Program-made: the position numbers and the translations under genes
Notes under the pieces: model-generated
Database searches by the model: none
Told to the model about the DNA's origin: nothing
Seen by the model: the letters and a program-made list of their open reading frames with translations, nothing else
Assembly: GCA_036507075.1 (NCBI GenBank)
Contig: DASXQR010000048.1
Span: 13,697-77,696, forward strand
Length of the DNA: 64,000 nucleotides
Direction: 5' to 3'
Source of the DNA: Acidobacteriota bacterium
Lineage (GTDB): Bacteria > Acidobacteriota > UBA6911 > JACQSX01
Shown here: positions 10,336 to 19,042 of the stretch, one piece after another
How positions within the stretch are numbered: the stretch's first letter is position 1
How the letters are laid out: every line of letters starts with the position of its first letter

Positions 10336-11484
10336 TTGGCCTCCGCACTAGAGCTGTTTCCAGAATGCCGCCGGGAGCCGGTGAGCTTTCGCTTTGACTT
10401 CTTCCTGGAGAGAATCCTTTACCATCCGGAACACGGTTACTATTCACAGTGCCCAAGCTTCGGAAAGGAGGGAGACTTTTATACTTCACCCGGTGTTCAT
10501 TCCTTTTTCGCCGAAATCCTGGCCGAGCAATTCCTGCAGGGCTGGGAGGAGGAAAGCAAACCCGAATTTTTCACGCTGCTGGAGCTCGGGCCCGGAGATG
10601 CCACGCTCGCCTCTCAATTGCTGACCACCATCCGAGACCGCTTTCCTGATTTCTGCCGATCAATCCGGTATCTTGGGCTGGAAGTAAGCAGCCGGCTGGC
10701 TGCCCAGCAGCGCCAACGGCTATCTCAGTTTGAGAACGCCCGAATTTTCTGCCGTCATTTTTCGGAAATAGAGCTGGAGCCGTTTTCCGGATGTATTTTC
10801 TCCAATGAATTTTTTGACGCCCTGCCTTTTCGCAGATTCCAGCGCGGGTCTTCCGGATGGCTCGAATGCTTTGTCGAGATCAGCCCCAACGGCATTCAGG
10901 AGCAGTGGCACGGCGCGGATGTCAAGCCGGCACGGTTCACCTCCGGGAAGCGGCAACCGCCTGTTGAAACCTCGTCCGCGGCACTGCTTTTCCACAAACA
11001 CCCGATGCCCGCCGGCGGGATCGTTGAGTGGCGGGACCAGTTCCAAGCCTTTTATCAGTTTGCCTCGCGGGTTTTGCGCCGGGGCTCCATGTTTCACTTC
11101 GATTACGGAGACCTTGAAGAAAACCTCGATCCCATGGGGACAATGCGGACATTCCGCCGGCATCATCTCGGCGCCGATCCTTACGTCCATCTGGGAGAAC
11201 AGGACGTAACGGCCAGTGTGAATTTTTCGCAGTTACTGGCCCTCGGGGACAGCTACGGATTTGAGAGCCGGCTGCAGGGCCAGCGCGAATATTTGATCGA
11301 CCGCGGAATTCTGCAGAAGATCGCCGTGCGCTTTGAAGGAAAGACGCCGGAGAAACATCTCCGCGAAAAATTAGCCATCAAGAACCTGATCGTTCCCGGC
11401 GGAATCAGCGATCATTTCAAGGTGCTGATACAGAGGAGAATCCAAAACGGAACCGCAAAGGACGCCAAGAGCGCCAAGCTTTGA
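10336..11484 (+). CDS. SAM-dependent methyltransferase, MidA/NDUFAF7 family
   Basis: LYHPEHGYY, GDFYTSP, LELGPG, SNEFFDALP, DYG, GEQDVTASVNF; TTG start uncertain. Confidence 0.87.
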   Translation: MASALELFPECRREPVSFRFDFFLERILYHPEHGYYSQCPSFGKEGDFYTSPGVHSFFAEILAEQFLQGWEEESKPEFFTLLELGPGDATLASQLLTTIRDRFPDFCRSIRYLGLEVSSRLAAQQRQRLSQFENARIFCRHFSEIELEPFSGCIFSNEFFDALPFRRFQRGSSGWLECFVEISPNGIQEQWHGADVKPARFTSGKRQPPVETSSAALLFHKHPMPAGGIVEWRDQFQAFYQFASRVLRRGSMFHFDYGDLEENLDPMGTMRTFRRHHLGADPYVHLGEQDVTASVNFSQLLALGDSYGFESRLQGQREYLIDRGILQKIAVRFEGKTPEKHLREKLAIKNLIVPGGISDHFKVLIQRRIQNGTAKDAKSAKL

Positions 11485-11691
11485 ACTCAACGGCGACAAG
11501 GGGCATTCCTCCAGATCAACGATTCGACTGGGACGCCAAAGTAAAGAGTTTTGGCTTGGTGGTTCAATTTTTTTGACCACCAAGACACCAAGCTTCAAAA
11601 CTGTCATTTGGCGAGGTTGTTAGTCAGGCCATCCTGTGCTTCTACTGCTTTGCGGTCTTCGCGTTCTTGGCGGTTCCGTCTTCCGCGCAGC

Positions 11692-12216
11692 CTACGCGGC
11701 GTTTTTGCTGCTTCAGCCGCCGGCCCAGCGGGGCGCATCGGATGGAATGATGGGCCCAATGGTCCGTCCAAACTCAGCGGCTGTTCTCTGAGCGAGCCTT
11801 TCCCAAAAGTCTGCCGAGTATCCAAAGTCGCTCTCCAGAATCTTTCCGCTTCGAGCGACGAGGAACAGAGCAGGAACGTTGCTGATTCCCAACGAATCGC
11901 TCAATTCATAAGGGTCCTGGTCGAACAAAACCAGGCTGAAACGGATTCCCCAGTTCTCCAGAAATTCCGCGGTCTCGGCCGGCTCATCCTGAGAAATTCC
12001 CACAAAGGGAAGCTCCGGAATTGCTTTGACCAGATTGTTCATGTAAGGCAGAGAAAACTGCGACGTGGGACAATCCGTTTTAAACAGAGCAAAGAGCACG
12101 AGCGGCGCGTCTCCGACAACAGAGGAAAGGCTGTGAGTCATCCCCACGGCGTCTTTCAGAGCAAACTCCGGGAATAACTGCCCGGACTCCAGGAACGATT
12201 CAGATCCCTGTTTCAA
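11692..12216 (-). CDS. TlpA/AhpC-TSA (peroxiredoxin-like) thioredoxin-fold protein; probable UGA-selenocysteine at 11713-11715
   Basis: FPEFALKD..G, FKTDCPTSQ, VGISQD, GISNVPALFLV. After TGA the frame continues SSKNAA-TAG with a hairpin. TTG start at 12216 is inferred, because the longer ORF start lies in repeats. Confidence 0.75.
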
Positions 12217-12252
12217 TTTCGTATTCCACCGTTGAAATAATTGAGCCGCGTT

Positions 12253-12315
12253 TTTTGTGTCCTTTGTGCCTTTGTGGTGAATAATCGGACCACAAAGGCA
12301 CAAAGAGCACAAAGA
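12253..12315. repeat. Outward-facing inverted pair of CACAAAG 8/9-bp arrays
   Basis: tttgtgtcctttgtgcctttgtggtgaa ... accacaaaggcacaaagagcacaaag; near-identical structure at 18977-19040. Confidence 0.8.
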
Positions 12316-12317
12316 TT

Positions 12318-13826
12318 ATGGCAGAGAAGGCGCGCGCCGGTTGGACAGCGCATCCCGTCATTCAGCTTCTCATTGTAGCAGGACTGGTATTGCTGGCTGT
12401 CGCGCTTCGAGCCCGTTACCTGGATTGGGTCACGATTGATTGGGATGAAGATTTGTACCGGGCTTACGCGCAGGACCTGTTGCGCGGCAAACTTCTGTAT
12501 CGCGATATCTGGGATCACAAGCCTCCCGGAATCTTTTACCTCTTTGCGCTGATAAGACTGCTGAATCCGTCGCTTCAATTCTTCAGGATCGTGGCGATCG
12601 CCTGGGGAGCGGGATGCGGCTTGATTTTATATGCCATCGGCCGGCGATTATGGGGTTTTGGCGCCGGCTGCCTGGCCTTCCTTGGCTGGACGGCAGCGAC
12701 GGCGGACACCTGGGGCAGTCAGTCGAATTCTGAACTTTTCTTTACTCTTTTTACACTGGCAGGAGTCTGGTTGTTCGTATGCTGCCGGCTTCCCCGTCAG
12801 CAACTGCCTGAGGCGGGAACTGAAACCGGTTTTGCGCAGCTTTCCTGTTTCGTTCTGGTGGGATTGTTCTGCGGAATGGCGTTCCAGTTCAAGCCTGTTA
12901 CCCTGGCCGACTTTGCCGCGGTTTTGCTGACCGCTGCTGTCACGCCGCAAAAAGCTCGAAGACAATTCCTTTCTATGGCAATTCTTGGGTTTCTCCTGCC
13001 AAGCCTCGCGGTCTTTTTATTTTTTGCCTGCCATGGTCTGCTTGGGGAATGGCTTTATGCTGTCTACACGTACAACTTCCGCTACGTGTCCGATCCCATC
13101 GTGGAAGTGCTGCAATACGGCCCGCGGAATCTGAAGGACGTGCTGTTGGACAAGTCCCCGCTGTTCCTGCCGGGTTTTGCCGGCCTGGGCTTGATGGCCC
13201 GAAGAGAAAGACGAGAAGTGCGGTTTTTCTTTTGGTTTTGGGTGATTCTCTCTTTCTTATCCATTTCGCTTGGCTTAAAGTTCCTGAAGCATTACTTTCT
13301 TCAGTGGATGGCCCCGATGTCTCTTGCGGCTGGATATTATCTGGCTAAACCGTTGCCGGGACACGAGGTTGTACGACGGGCGATGCTCGCCGGTTTTCTC
13401 GTTTGGGTTGCCAGCATCACATATTTCCAGGCGCCTGATCTGGTAAAAAAAATACAAGACTGGCGGCCTGTCCCGGTGATTTCAGGCGGCGAGGCCGGCC
13501 GAACTGCGGCGTTCCTGAATTCGAGACTGAGTGGGCAATCGGTTTACGTCTGGCGCTCGCCCTACCTGTCCCTTTACTGGCTTACCGGTGGGCGTCCCGC
13601 GACCCGATTTTTGTTTTGGCGCCACTTGACGCGTCGTCCTCTTGTCTCGTGGATTGAAGATGAGTGGCAGGCAGCCCTTTCGGCCCGGCCGCCAGACGTG
13701 ATCATCAACAGCGAGTTGCCGAACTCGTCGTTAAAAAGTGATCTGTTCATGCGTCAGTTTATCAGGGAGCGCTACCGGATATTGCGCAGGCTCCGCGTGC
13801 TTACTATTTACGAGCGTAAACGGTAA
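12318..13826 (+). CDS. Membrane glycosyltransferase, GT-C fold (ArnT/PMT, GT39/83-like)
   Basis: DWDEDLY acidic loop; LYRDIWDHKPPG; many TM helices. Confidence 0.8.
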   Translation: MAEKARAGWTAHPVIQLLIVAGLVLLAVALRARYLDWVTIDWDEDLYRAYAQDLLRGKLLYRDIWDHKPPGIFYLFALIRLLNPSLQFFRIVAIAWGAGCGLILYAIGRRLWGFGAGCLAFLGWTAATADTWGSQSNSELFFTLFTLAGVWLFVCCRLPRQQLPEAGTETGFAQLSCFVLVGLFCGMAFQFKPVTLADFAAVLLTAAVTPQKARRQFLSMAILGFLLPSLAVFLFFACHGLLGEWLYAVYTYNFRYVSDPIVEVLQYGPRNLKDVLLDKSPLFLPGFAGLGLMARRERREVRFFFWFWVILSFLSISLGLKFLKHYFLQWMAPMSLAAGYYLAKPLPGHEVVRRAMLAGFLVWVASITYFQAPDLVKKIQDWRPVPVISGGEAGRTAAFLNSRLSGQSVYVWRSPYLSLYWLTGGRPATRFLFWRHLTRRPLVSWIEDEWQAALSARPPDVIINSELPNSSLKSDLFMRQFIRERYRILRRLRVLTIYERKR

Positions 13827-13830
13827 GCTT

Positions 13831-14134
13831 CGGGTTTTCGAGTGGGCGGGTTGGCGGGTTACGAGCTGGCGGATTACGGGTTGGCGGGTTACGGGTTGGC
13901 GGGTTACGGGTTTTTGGGTTACGGGTTGCGAGTTGGCGGATTGCAAAATTGGAAAATTGAAAATTACCGTATCAGGATGAGGGACATCCAGTTTTCCATT
14001 TCCTACTTCGTGACCTATTGCACTAACTCGAAATCCTAACCAACTCGGAACCCGATAACCCGGAAACTGAGAACCCGGAACCCGGAACCCGACAACTCGG
14101 AACCCGATAACCCGGAACCCGAAAACCCGGAACC
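13831..14134. repeat. Inverted pair of alternating 7/8-bp arrays (CGGGTTA/CGGGTTGG vs AACCCGG/AACCCGAT)
   Basis: Left arm ~13831-13941 and right arm ~14025-14134, enclosing a smaller AAAATTG/CAGTTTT inverted pair. Confidence 0.8.
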
Positions 14135-14147
14135 ATGGGGTTAAGCG

Positions 14148-15710
14148 ATGAACGAGAGATTACGAGCGGCTTACCTTCTTCTTCTGATAGCTCTCTTGCA
14201 CGTGTTGGTTAATTTCTTCTGGCTGCGCACTGACACGCGCCCCTGGATCTGGGACATGGGCTTTCACGCTCGTGTCGGCCTCGACTACCTGGATTTCCTT
14301 CAGCATCCCTCTGCAGAGAAACTTGCCTTCGCCTTCCGGGAAGGACTGCAATACCCGCCCTTGTATCACTTCATGGAAGGTTTGAGCTACATGCTGGCCG
14401 GCAGAAACGATGACGCTGCGGTTTTTCCCAACTTCCTGTTTTTGGGCCTGATGCTCTGGGCGGTATTTCGAATTGGTGAGAGAGTGGCAGACCCGGACGC
14501 GGGGTTATGGGCGGCCGCCATAACCAGCCTCATTCCAATTATTGCGTGGGTGTCGCGCACGCCGCTGCTGGACTTCTCGCTGGCGGCCATGGTCTGCACG
14601 GCGATCCATTTTCAGTATCAGACGGAAAATTTCGGGCTGCGAAAGCAATCCGTGGTATTCGGCGTGATTTGCGGGCTGGGGATGCTGGTGAAATGGACCT
14701 TCCTGTTTTTCCTGATAGGGCCGGTGATCTACGCTTATTTTGAGCGCCCCACGTGGAGATATCGCGTCTGCGTCTTTAATCTGATGCTGTCGGCCGCCGT
14801 AGCCGCCGCAATTTCAGCAGTCTGGTACCAACCGAAACTGACCTTCCTGTTGTTCAATTACCTGCCCGGCCATTCGGCCGAAGGCGCTGTTGAAGGAGAT
14901 CCTTCCATTTTCTCGCCCCTCTCGTGGGTTTTCTACCTTCAGTTTCTGCTGAGCTACCAGTTGTTTATTCCTCTGGCGCTGCTGCTTGCCCTCGGTGTTT
15001 TCTGGAGCTTTCGCAGAGGCTCGCGCTCTCCCTCTCTGGCGGTGATCTGGGTATGGGCGGTCAGTTCCTGGTTCATCCTCTCGCTGCTGCGAAACAAGGA
15101 CCCTCGTTACACACTGCCGCTGTTGCCGGCCATTGCCATTATTGCCGCCGCCGGATTTGCGGGAGAAGATCCGCTGCGCAGAATTCTAAAATGGCTCACG
15201 CTTGGCGTGGCGCTTGCGCAGTTTGCGGCAATCAGTTTCAACTTCCCGTCGCTGCCCGAAAAGATATCGCTGGGAACATTTCACAAAGGCACGAACACCT
15301 GGGAGTGGCAGGTGTTTTCCAAAACGTATGCCGGGTTTCTCGGTCCTGCCCGCGACGAGGAATGGCCCCTGGAAAGTGTGCTCACTCTCATTGCCGAAAA
15401 GGGAGGAGGAACCTTATACGTGGTGCCGGACCATCCTTATGTGAGTCCCCAGACTTTCCTCTACAAAGCCCGGCTGCAAAACCTTCCGGTGGAAATTCGC
15501 TCCGCGCCGTCTTCAAACGTCACAGGAGCGTTGACAGACTTCTACCTGCTGAAAACGGGCGATCAGGGAGATCTAAAATCTGCCGCGGAAGCGCAGCAAC
15601 TTACCGGCGAGATCCTGAGGAATCGCAAACTGCAGCTGCTGCGCGCCTACTCGCTGCCCGACGGCACCCAGGCGCTCCTGCTGGCTTCCAAGAAGCTGCC
15701 CATCGTTTGA
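14148..15710 (+). CDS. Membrane glycosyltransferase, GT-C fold (ArnT/PMT-like)
   Basis: P.IWDMGFH, YPPLYH, LGMLVKWTF, NKDPRYTLPLLP; multi-TM. Confidence 0.8.
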   Translation: MNERLRAAYLLLLIALLHVLVNFFWLRTDTRPWIWDMGFHARVGLDYLDFLQHPSAEKLAFAFREGLQYPPLYHFMEGLSYMLAGRNDDAAVFPNFLFLGLMLWAVFRIGERVADPDAGLWAAAITSLIPIIAWVSRTPLLDFSLAAMVCTAIHFQYQTENFGLRKQSVVFGVICGLGMLVKWTFLFFLIGPVIYAYFERPTWRYRVCVFNLMLSAAVAAAISAVWYQPKLTFLLFNYLPGHSAEGAVEGDPSIFSPLSWVFYLQFLLSYQLFIPLALLLALGVFWSFRRGSRSPSLAVIWVWAVSSWFILSLLRNKDPRYTLPLLPAIAIIAAAGFAGEDPLRRILKWLTLGVALAQFAAISFNFPSLPEKISLGTFHKGTNTWEWQVFSKTYAGFLGPARDEEWPLESVLTLIAEKGGGTLYVVPDHPYVSPQTFLYKARLQNLPVEIRSAPSSNVTGALTDFYLLKTGDQGDLKSAAEAQQLTGEILRNRKLQLLRAYSLPDGTQALLLASKKLPIV

Positions 15711-16007
15711 ACTAGCCGCCGATTTACACGAATTGACACGGATGAAAGCAGGCCGCCGATCTACGCGAATTACGCTGATTAATATCGGGGTCGAGGGATG
15801 GGCTCAGCCACCACTGTATGTCATTTACGTTGAGCCTGGTCGCCCATCCCTCGACCCCGATATTCTTCCGTGTTAATTCGCGTAAATCGGCGGCCTGCTT
15901 TCATCCGTGTCAATTCGTGTAAACCAGCGGCCCACTTCCATCCATGTCAATTCGCGCAAATCGGCGGCCTGCTTTCATCCGTGTCAATTCGTGTAAATCG
16001 GCGGCCC
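15711..16007. repeat. Large palindromic element: two 37-bp units, a perfect 23-bp stem, then four inverted 37-bp units
   Basis: AATATCGGGGTCGAGGGATGGGC (15781-15803) pairs with 15842-15864; right-hand units start at 15865, 15902, 15939, 15976; left-half homolog at 35922-35999. Confidence 0.85.
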
Positions 16008-16087
16008 GTTCTATTTGAAATCGCAACTGTGCGGCCGGTTACATTGCCTGGGACGGCGAGGATCTACTCTAGATTAACGACAGGGGC

Positions 16088-17410
16088 ATGCCTATGATTC
16101 GAATGCGCACAAGTCTTTTTCTCCTCCTTGTAATTGCTGTGCTCAGCTCGCCGGGGCTCTCGTCGAGCGCGGCAGAATCGCCCGCGGTCGCTGATGCCGC
16201 AGCTCTGCTGAAGCAGGTCAGCCAGACCTATTCGAGCCTTCGCAGCTATCACTTCGAAGGTGTGACGGTTTTGAGAACACAATCCGACTCGGCCCGGTCT
16301 GAGCAGGAGGTGCCGTTTGTATTTGCCGAGGTGCGGCCTTCCAAGATCCGCTTTGAGACGAAATCCTCGTTGACCGCCACGCTGTTTGTCTCCGACGGCG
16401 ATACGACCTGGACATACATGCCGCGCCTTCATGAGTACACTCACAAGAGATCTTCGACAGGCGACGGAGCGGCGCAGCAACCGGCGCCGTTTCGCAATCA
16501 AAATCCCGTCGCAGAGTACGAGCGTCTTGCCGACTATGCTCCGGTGGCCAGAGTCATTCGCCAGGAAGGCGCGATGATCTCTGGACGCGAGATCCCGTGC
16601 TGGGTGGTGGAATTGCCGGGAGCTCCGGAGACCGCCAATGGCGTTCAGAACTTCCCCAGACTGCTGTGGATCGAAAAAGAAAGGTCTCTGGTGCTGCGTG
16701 ACGTGCTGTCGTCCAGAGTAAGGCGGCCTTACACTCCGCCATCCGAACAAATCCGAACTTGTACTTTTACGCTGGCGAAAATCAACGAACCCCTGCCTGA
16801 TCCGCTTTTTCAATTTGTGCCTCCTGACGGGGCCAGAGAAGTCTCCGAGCTGAGCCTGAGCGGCGGCAGCAAGCTGGCATTTGCCGGAAGCGGCGGGATG
16901 AAGGCGAGAGTTTCGACTTCGAGCGCTCCCGCCGGTTCTCCGGCGTCATCTTCTGGGGAATCAACCGAAGCAACCGAAATCACAAGCCGATCTCAGGATA
17001 TGGCTGAAGCGCCTGATTTCACGCTTAGTGCCTTGCAGGGTGGTGAAGTTCGGCTTCGTGATCTGCGCGGCAAAATCGTGCTGCTTGATTTTTGGGCCAG
17101 CTGGTGCGGGCCGTGCAGGAAGGAGCTTCCGGTGATTGAAAAGCTCCATCGCGATTACAACCGAAGAGGAGTGGTCGTGCTGGGCGTCAACGACGAAAAT
17201 CCTGAAACGTCACAAAGGTACGTCCAGGCGAATAACTACAGCTTTTCCACGCTGGTGGACTCAAAGCGCGCGGTGCACCGGACTTACAGTGTCACGGCTA
17301 TCCCGACCGTTTACATCATAGACAGGAAAGGTCGCGTGGCCGCTCATTTTGTGGGCGCTCGAGGGGAACCCGAACTTCTCGGCGCCCTCCGACAAGCAGG
17401 ACTCGAATAG
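16088..17410 (+). CDS. Exported fusion: LolA/DUF2092-like N-terminal domain plus TlpA-family thiol-disulfide oxidoreductase
   Basis: Signal peptide; VSDGDTTWTY.P...EY and F.F.PP.GA (LolA-like); APDFTL, LLDFWASWCGPCRKE. Confidence 0.8.
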   Translation: MPMIRMRTSLFLLLVIAVLSSPGLSSSAAESPAVADAAALLKQVSQTYSSLRSYHFEGVTVLRTQSDSARSEQEVPFVFAEVRPSKIRFETKSSLTATLFVSDGDTTWTYMPRLHEYTHKRSSTGDGAAQQPAPFRNQNPVAEYERLADYAPVARVIRQEGAMISGREIPCWVVELPGAPETANGVQNFPRLLWIEKERSLVLRDVLSSRVRRPYTPPSEQIRTCTFTLAKINEPLPDPLFQFVPPDGAREVSELSLSGGSKLAFAGSGGMKARVSTSSAPAGSPASSSGESTEATEITSRSQDMAEAPDFTLSALQGGEVRLRDLRGKIVLLDFWASWCGPCRKELPVIEKLHRDYNRRGVVVLGVNDENPETSQRYVQANNYSFSTLVDSKRAVHRTYSVTAIPTVYIIDRKGRVAAHFVGARGEPELLGALRQAGLE

Positions 17411-17420
17411 CCAGGATTGG

Positions 17421-17672
17421 TTCACCACAGAGCTCAAGCGTAGCCGTAAGCCTCAACCACTCAAAAAGCCGAGGACGGCCCCGTGCACGTCAACGATAGA
17501 CGTCAACGACCACGTCAACGCTCACGAAAAAAAAGTCGCAAGTCTGCCTTCTGTTGACCAAGTCTTCAAGCTCTGAATCCTTCGAGCATTTGGACGTACC
17601 TGGTAGACGTGCACGTGGACGTAGACCTTAGACGTAGACGTTGACGTGATCGGTTTTTGTCTTTTCTGAAAT
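17421..17672. repeat. Hexamer (CACGTC/GACGTG) inverted-array cassette
   Basis: Aligns along its length with the reverse complement of 39612-39839. Confidence 0.8.
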
Positions 17673-17685
17673 TACGAAGTCCAGC

Positions 17686-18972
17686 TTAGATCCCTAAAAC
17701 AAGCCGGTTCGGATCTTCGATGCAGTCCTTGATGCGCTTGAGAAAGGTCACGGCTTCTTTTCCGTCCACGATGCGGTGATCGTAGGAGAGAGCCAGGTAC
17801 ATCATGGGACGAATCGCGATCTGGTCGTTGATAACGACCGGCCTCTTCTGAATGGTGTGCATCCCCAGGATGCCGCTTTGCGGCATGTTCAGGATGGGAG
17901 TGGAGAAGAGCGACCCGAATACTCCACCGTTGGTGATGGTAAAGGTTCCGCCCGTCAGTTCGTCGACCGTGATCGATCCCTCACGCGCTTTTCTGGCAAA
18001 TTCGGCCACCTTGTTCTCGATCTCGGCGAAATTGAGCTTGTCAGCATCGCGCATCACCGGCACCACCAGGCCCCGGTCGGTGGCCACGGCCACACCGATG
18101 TCGTAATACTCGCGGTAAACCAGGTTCTTACCCTCGATCACCGCGTTCAATGCAGGAACCGCCTGAAGCGCCTCGATACTCGCTTTCACAAAAAACGACA
18201 TCAGCCCGAGACCGATCCCATACTTCTGCTGGAAGCTCTCCTTATACCGGGCGCGCAGCCCCATGACCGCGCTCATGTCTGCTTCATTGAAAGTGGTCAG
18301 GATGGCGGCCGTCTGCTGTGCCTGAACCAGGCGCTCGGCAATTTTCTGGCGAAGAAGGCTCATGGGAACGACGCGCTCACGCTCGCCCGAGCGCGCCGCG
18401 GGCATCTGTTTGGGCACAGGCGAGCTTGATGTCTTCGGCTGCATGGGCACGGCAATGGGTCTTGCCGGCGCGGCAGCAGTCTCTGTTTTCTCCGAACCGA
18501 TCGCGTTCAGCACATCATCCTTGCTGACTCGGCCGCTCTTTCCCGTGCCCGGAACGGCGCCAGGATCCACGTCATGTTCCCGCGCCAGCCTTCGCACGGC
18601 CGGTCCTGAACGCGGCGGAGGCGCGCTTTCGTCCACCTCATGCCGGGGAGTGGGAGTTGCCGCCGGCACGGCGGCTTCCTTTGATGCCCCGCCCGATTCC
18701 GTCTTGCTCGATTGTGCCGCAGCGCCTTGTTTGGCGCCGTCGGTCTCCACAAATCCGATTACGTCGCCGGGAGCAACCGTTGCTCCTTCCTTTGCCTGAA
18801 TCGTCAACCGGCCGGACTGCTCTGCAGCCATCTCCATATTCGCCTTGTCGGTTTCCAGCTCAAGCAGCGGTTCATCCATCTGAACCGTCTCGCCGCTGTT
18901 CTTGAACCAGCGCGCAATGCGAACTTCGCTGACAGACTCACCGACTGAGGGGACTTTGATTTCCAGTTTCAT
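17686..18972 (-). CDS. sucB: 2-oxoglutarate dehydrogenase E2 (dihydrolipoyllysine succinyltransferase)
   Basis: Lipoyl domain [11 protein letters not shown]3-binding [11 protein letters not shown]; catalytic SYDHRIVDG; start at MKLEIKVP. Confidence 0.95.
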   Translation of the reverse strand: MKLEIKVPSVGESVSEVRIARWFKNSGETVQMDEPLLELETDKANMEMAAEQSGRLTIQAKEGATVAPGDVIGFVETDGAKQGAAAQSSKTESGGASKEAAVPAATPTPRHEVDESAPPPRSGPAVRRLAREHDVDPGAVPGTGKSGRVSKDDVLNAIGSEKTETAAAPARPIAVPMQPKTSSSPVPKQMPAARSGERERVVPMSLLRQKIAERLVQAQQTAAILTTFNEADMSAVMGLRARYKESFQQKYGIGLGLMSFFVKASIEALQAVPALNAVIEGKNLVYREYYDIGVAVATDRGLVVPVMRDADKLNFAEIENKVAEFARKAREGSITVDELTGGTFTITNGGVFGSLFSTPILNMPQSGILGMHTIQKRPVVINDQIAIRPMMYLALSYDHRIVDGKEAVTFLKRIKDCIEDPNRLVLGI

Positions 18973-19042
18973 AGGCTTTTGTGTCCTTTGTGCGTTTGTG
19001 GTGAAGCCCGAATTACCACAAAGCCACAAAGGACATGAAGGG

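Noticed and set aside
15865..16007. 37-bp repeats as a CRISPR array
   Set aside because: Units are directly tandem with no unique spacers, inverted copies lie upstream, and there are no cas genes.
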